Shown piece by piece: positions 59,560 to 64,000 of a DNA stretch of 64,000 nucleotides. Every line of letters begins with the position of its first letter. The first letter of the stretch is position 1. Below the pieces are notes generated by a model, which was given only the letters and a program-made list of their open reading frames with translations, had not been told where the DNA came from and searched no databases. Source of the DNA: Desulfatiglandales bacterium (lineage in GTDB: Bacteria; Desulfobacterota; DSM-4660; Desulfatiglandales; HGW-15); NCBI GenBank assembly GCA_963667015.2, contig CAXXJJ010000004.1:3456001-3520000 (forward strand). Reading direction: 5' to 3'. The position numbers were made by a program, and so were the translations under genes.

Positions 59560-60530
59560 TCCTTCCTCTTCTGCCATAAAGAAAAATCCACCAGATTTTT
59601 ACGGCTGATCGCATCCATGACCCTGAGATAAACACTGGTGTATTTGTATTCCGCATGGCCCATATAAGCAGCAAGCACCGGAAGGGCATTCTGCGGAGAT
59701 TGTCCTCGTTTTTTAACGTTCAGCAGGGTATTTACTGCGAAACTGTGTCTGAGGCTATGAGGTGTGGGCTGACTGAAGTTCACATTCCCTATGATTTTTC
59801 TTGGCTGGTCAAGCCCGATATCTTCTACGGCTTTATGGAATAAATTGCGTATACGATAGTCTCTTATGGCTTTGAGGCCTTTCCCTGCCAGTAGATATGG
59901 ATTCTCATCATTGGGGCATGCATGCCTGCGCACAGCAAGATAGTTTTCTATCTCCGATTTTACGTCCCCTGGTATGGGGATCAACCTCTGTTTCTTAAAC
60001 TTGGTCTTTTTAATATACAGGGTAGCGTCATCCCTGTTGTAATGATGTCTCATAAGTTTCAGTGGTTCTGATATCCTCATACCGCATCGTGCCAATAAAA
60101 GAATAACAAGGTACTCCGCAAGGTCAGTCAGAAAATACTGATTCTTTTTTCTTAATCTGTTACATGCGGCATTTAGTAATTGATCGGTTTGTTCACAGGA
60201 GAAAACAAAAGGAATGATGCTGTTTTCCCTGAGAGAGGGAATGTCCCGAAGGGGGTTTTCAACCAGGAGCTCCTGTCGTAAGAGGTAATTAAAAAAGACC
60301 CTCACTGAGGAGATCACCCTGTTGACACCACGTGGCTCTAACTCCAGGCTGGATCTCATCTCAAGAAAGTAAAAAGATTGAAGAGAATGCCAGTCAGCGT
60401 TTGTCTCTTTTAAATATCGATCAAGGACCAGAAGATTAGCCTGGGATAATTTTATGCTGTATCCCAGGCCTTGACGATAAGTAAGATAATCATTTAGTTG
60501 CGGAGCAAGAAAACTTTCAAAGTTCTTCAT
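59556..60530 (-). CDS. Tyrosine recombinase (RitB-like)
   Basis: GMRISE, TKF.K.R, HSLRHSFAV, LPVLAAYMGH, TSVY. Confidence 0.92.
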   Translation of the reverse strand: MKNFESFLAPQLNDYLTYRQGLGYSIKLSQANLLVLDRYLKETNADWHSLQSFYFLEMRSSLELEPRGVNRVISSVRVFFNYLLRQELLVENPLRDIPSLRENSIIPFVFSCEQTDQLLNAACNRLRKKNQYFLTDLAEYLVILLLARCGMRISEPLKLMRHHYNRDDATLYIKKTKFKKQRLIPIPGDVKSEIENYLAVRRHACPNDENPYLLAGKGLKAIRDYRIRNLFHKAVEDIGLDQPRKIIGNVNFSQPTPHSLRHSFAVNTLLNVKKRGQSPQNALPVLAAYMGHAEYKYTSVYLRVMDAISRKNLVDFSLWQKRKE

Positions 60531-61695
60531 TGAATATGACCTTTCTCATAAGCTCTGTACTGATATGAAGATATCTGTGGGTTGACTGTATGTTCTGGTG
60601 CCCCATCATTTCTTTTACCTCATAAATGGATCGGCCCATATGGAGAAGATTCTGTGCATAAGTGTGCCTGAGCCAGTAAGCAGATGAGGGGAGTCCGGCC
60701 TGTTTCATGGCCCTTGCTATAGATCCGACAACGTTATTGGCTTTCATAGGATGAAAGGGAAAGTGATGATTAAGAAACAGATATTTTGATGAGCCCTTCG
60801 GTCTTCCTTTAGAGATATAAAGAGCAATAGCCTTAATGGTGTTTTCAGGTACAGGCAGGGTGATGACATCCCCTCCTTTTCTTTCCTGGAGGGTGAGTTT
60901 TCTCTGCTGGAAAAAGATATCATCTAACGTAATCTTACTGATCTCCGCAGGCCTGAGACCCAGAGAGTAAGCCAGGTGTATCAGGGCATAGGTTCTCATT
61001 TGTGTGGGTGTGGAAAGCTCCAGGGAGGCAAAGAGTTCTTTTACCTGCTTTGGACGTAAAAACCTTGGCAGCCTTTTCTGGGCAAATTGAGGAGGGCCGA
61101 CAAGAAACGGGGCTAAATCCCTTATGATAATCTTCTTTTCATGATAGAGGTGCTTTAAAAAACCTCTGAGGCAATAACGATAGAGCCTGCGGCTATAGTC
61201 CGACACCTTGAATGTTGCCATGAAGGCATCGCAATGTTCGATTTTAAGCTTTGAAAGGGAGATGTCATTTTTTTCCAGATACTCATGGAATGAGCTCAGA
61301 ACCCTCCTGATCCGTTTGATGTGTGTAGGAGAACTGTCAAGAGATTGAGAGTGATGAAGGAGGTATTCTTCATAAATATCCGGTAAAGGTGGCGCAGCAT
61401 TTTTTTGATTCAGGGTATGATCGATAACTCCCCGGCTGAAAAGATAGTCTGATAACGACCTAAGTGCAGAATAGGCATTCTTATAACCGCTATATATTTG
61501 AAAGGCTTCTGCAGTACCATTAGTAAATATGTTTTCCCATATTATATCTTTATGGATTACATAGAAGAGAAAGTCGATCAGGATATGCTTGTAACGCTTA
61601 TGGGATCTGCTCCCCTTTTCCTTCTCAATTGATTTGACCCAATGCATATAATCCCGGATCGAGTCCATTAATCTCCGGCTGTCTTCAAGGATCAC
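60517..61695 (-). CDS. Tyrosine recombinase (RitA-like)
   Basis: GLRPAE, RKG, YWLRH, MGH, THRY. Confidence 0.9.
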   Translation of the reverse strand: MILEDSRRLMDSIRDYMHWVKSIEKEKGSRSHKRYKHILIDFLFYVIHKDIIWENIFTNGTAEAFQIYSGYKNAYSALRSLSDYLFSRGVIDHTLNQKNAAPPLPDIYEEYLLHHSQSLDSSPTHIKRIRRVLSSFHEYLEKNDISLSKLKIEHCDAFMATFKVSDYSRRLYRYCLRGFLKHLYHEKKIIIRDLAPFLVGPPQFAQKRLPRFLRPKQVKELFASLELSTPTQMRTYALIHLAYSLGLRPAEISKITLDDIFFQQRKLTLQERKGGDVITLPVPENTIKAIALYISKGRPKGSSKYLFLNHHFPFHPMKANNVVGSIARAMKQAGLPSSAYWLRHTYAQNLLHMGRSIYEVKEMMGHQNIQSTHRYLHISTELMRKVIFNEEL

Positions 61696-62086
61696 TTTGA
61701 ACCTCCAAAAGTGATTCCTGTATCAGCCCGCTGATCCCGGGATTACTCTGGCTTTTATGTGAAGTTTTTTCCCATAATGGTTTCGGAGGCAGGGAAAGTA
61801 CCTGATAAAGTATTCCGTCAAAGGCAATTAAATCTTTCTTTAAGAGCCCATCCCGGGCTTCAATATACTCATCCATAGAAAGCCGGAGCAAAGAACAAAT
61901 GGCATCATAGGAGTAGAAAGATAACCCATATCTATCTGCAGCAAGTATGAGGAAGGAGTATAACAGGATCTCTACCTGTTCCAGGGATGCAAGAAACTCA
62001 TCAGTCAGAAGTCGGTGAGGTAAAAAACCGAAACCTCCTTCAATATGTCTGATCCGATTCGGATTGAGAATCTTTTTCTTTATCAT
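61685..62086 (-). CDS. Accessory hypothetical protein (possible winged HTH)
   Basis: MIKKKILNPNRIRHIEGGFGF.. with CAGGAG SD; overlaps the ritA-like start. Confidence 0.7.
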   Translation of the reverse strand: MIKKKILNPNRIRHIEGGFGFLPHRLLTDEFLASLEQVEILLYSFLILAADRYGLSFYSYDAICSLLRLSMDEYIEARDGLLKKDLIAFDGILYQVLSLPPKPLWEKTSHKSQSNPGISGLIQESLLEVQSDP

Positions 62087-62158
62087 GGTCAACTCCTGAG
62101 TTTTACAGGTAAATATATCTGCAAATCCCGGAAAGAGTCGATCACATCTTGAAAGCAT

Positions 62159-62569
62159 CTAAGGGGGAAGTCGTTCTATTTTCCTTGTTATAACAACCGG
62201 TTGACGTCTTAACACCTCTTGAAATCGTCTGAAGAGTAGTTGTCCGAAATACTCAACGATTATAAGATGTTGAATGCTTATCACCTCTTGAACTAACAAA
62301 TGGGGTAGTCCGGATTTTAACCGGGTCTTTGACTGGAGTGAGGAAGGGGTTCCGGACTGGCAGGCTGCATTGAGTTTCTTTTGAAGGTAATTGGCTCGAA
62401 AATAGTCGGAGTTCTTTCTGTTCCACTCTCTGCACTTCCTTCTATGCCATTCCTTCTTACATCCAGGGTCACCACAGGTCATTTGGCGGTCTTTCACTCT
62501 TGAGTTAGGCATAAACCAGCGCCTACAGATCCTGCAAGGCCGCTTCTTTAAAACATTCTCCTCATGCAT
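62159..62569 (-). CDS. Accessory Cys-rich (CxxC...CxxxxC) basic hypothetical protein
   Basis: RPCRICRRWF.P..R...RQ.TCG...C; GGGAGG SD. Confidence 0.7.
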   Translation of the reverse strand: MHEENVLKKRPCRICRRWFMPNSRVKDRQMTCGDPGCKKEWHRRKCREWNRKNSDYFRANYLQKKLNAACQSGTPSSLQSKTRLKSGLPHLLVQEVISIQHLIIVEYFGQLLFRRFQEVLRRQPVVITRKIERLPP

Positions 62570-63186
62570 CGTTCCCTCCCTTGTTATCAAGGTGAAAAAA
62601 CGACTTTAGATTAAAATGGACTGGTATGCATAGAGGGACGCTTTGTATTGGAAAGCTAAATGATGAGAAATTAGATGAATAAAATGGATACTTAATCTTT
62701 CTTTTGGAATTAAATGATGAATTATATGGAGGGAATTAAAACACACAACATAACCAATCTCACAACATAGCTTGCCATGACCACAATTCTATCATTTGTT
62801 GTGATATATTTTGAATATCTAAACTCATATGTACACGCCTAAAGACTGGGAAGCGAAAAGTTTGGAAAGATGGAAAAGCCTGATGCAGGAATGTTTTCGC
62901 AAAGGGCATAGCGCAGAGAGCACATAGAGGAAAGCTATAGGTAAGATGTCAGAAAAGAAGGCTAAAGTGGTTTAAGGCTGTAGGCTGTTAGAAAAAAAGC
63001 TTCTTTTCTTTGTGTCTTGGCGGCTTTGTGTGAGTTATATTTTTTTAGTTTTTGGTTTTTCAAACAATATAATTATCTTTCGTGCTTTTTGTGTTTTTCG
63101 TGGTAAAAAATGTTTTAAGTTTTTAACAATAAAAAAGCCTTTGTCTTTCCTCTGCGAGCTCTGTGAGAGATATATTTTTGCTTTCC

Positions 63187-64000
63187 CTAACAGCCGTCCT
63201 CCATTTTATCTATAAGCTTAAGCAGGAATGCCAGGGGGAAACCGGCAATTATCAGTATCCCTGCCATGGTAATACCTGCACCGATTGAATATGTTTCACC
63301 CATGTAACCCAGGGCCGTAGGGAGCAGTCCTCCGCCAATGACCAGGGCCGTGGGTGTTACCCAGGATGTAGCCAGGCTCCTGTAGTCAGGCTGCACAATC
63401 CTGGAAAGGGCGGCAAAGCCCGGGGGAAAATAACAGGCGATCAGCGCGGGCTGGAGAAAGACCATCACCTTGAGCCATGGGCCTGAGAATATCCCCAAAA
63501 GGGCTGTTACAATTCCTGAGACAAGGAGAAATGCCCCTATGGCCTTTTTTTCTCCGATTTTGTCGGTTATCCATCCTGCAAAAAATGTCATAAACAGCGC
63601 TGATATCTGGGAGGTCCCGACCAGTGTATTTGCGGCTTCCGGGTCCATCCCCCTTTCAGTAACCAGATAAAGCGGCATCATGGCGTAAACACCTATCTGT
63701 CCGCCCATCCCCAGGGCAAAGAGCACAATTAATATCCAGAAAGATCTCTGGGCTAAAATAAAGCGCGCGAGTGAAACCCTGGGTGCATCCCCGGGAAAAT
63801 CACCGACCTTTGCTATTATCAGAAGTGTAAGTGCAATCAAAAAAACAAAACCGGCAATACCGCCCATAAGAAAACGCCATGAGAACCAGTGTAAAACAAA
63901 TACTGTGAGCAAAGGGCCTAGAATAAGACTTGATGGAGGAGCAAGCTGTTGGACCGCGAGGGCCTTGCCCCAGTCCGGGCGGCTTACGATTGCGGTGATA
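63187..64000 (-). CDS. MFS transporter (5' part outside the window)
   Basis: Multiple TM segments; GWITDKIGEK motif A; SWR. Confidence 0.88.
   Translation of the reverse strand, partial: ITAIVSRPDWGKALAVQQLAPPSSLILGPLLTVFVLHWFSWRFLMGGIAGFVFLIALTLLIIAKVGDFPGDAPRVSLARFILAQRSFWILIVLFALGMGGQIGVYAMMPLYLVTERGMDPEAANTLVGTSQISALFMTFFAGWITDKIGEKKAIGAFLLVSGIVTALLGIFSGPWLKVMVFLQPALIACYFPPGFAALSRIVQPDYRSLATSWVTPTALVIGGGLLPTALGYMGETYSIGAGITMAGILIIAGFPLAFLLKLIDKMEDGC

Larger units (their letters stand above)
58353..62770 (-). mobile_element. RIT-like element: three tyrosine recombinases plus two accessory ORFs (4418 bp)
   Basis: Terminal IRs TTATGTTGCGAG (58353-64) / CTCACAACATAG (62759-70), 10/12 match; CTTGCC directly repeated outside both ends (58347-52, 62771-76). 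Confidence 0.8.

Noticed and set aside
60732..60740. CGTTATTGG as the missing arm of the second attC
   Set aside because: It lies inside the ritA-like CDS and has no following GTT core; a chance match
58540..61695. One of the recombinases as the integron integrase IntI or as XerC/D
   Set aside because: The trio arrangement and motifs are RIT-like; I did not recognise the IntI-specific insertion
208..63670. Numerous short antisense or alternate-frame ORFs in the track
   Set aside because: They are shadows of well-supported genes on the other strand or frame

Overview
This window most likely comes from an anaerobic Desulfobacterota (deltaproteobacterial) chromosome; that assignment is inferred from gene content and is not proven. 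Roughly 1-45.6 kb is mostly core or housekeeping genes: ABC-2 permeases, dapL, pilB, cheD-like/HDOD, DUF748, a redox and protein-stress cluster, aconitase, recQ, fabH, glmM, thiolase/DUF35 and prmA. The ORF track misses several things here: (i) an AhpF-like selenoprotein split at an in-frame UGA (UPYC motif); (ii) a 301-bp MITE with 14-bp TIRs and a 5-bp TSD that breaks a CHASE4 hybrid histidine kinase; (iii) a one-base frameshift in a PLP aminotransferase; (iv) a PilB ATPase with both an N-terminal MshEN (c-di-GMP) motif and a C-terminal cNMP-binding domain. Downstream of prmA (45.6-63 kb) is a layered accretion hotspot. In order, it holds an Opp/Dpp operon closed by a decayed second copy of the prmA 3' end, an AT-rich DUF262/DUF262 pair between direct repeats, two integron-type gene cassettes with no intI in the window (a DUF3883-like nuclease and an HD-domain protein), and a 4.4-kb five-gene RIT-like triple tyrosine-recombinase element with terminal inverted repeats and a 6-bp flanking direct repeat. 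No rRNA, tRNA or CRISPR array was recognised.
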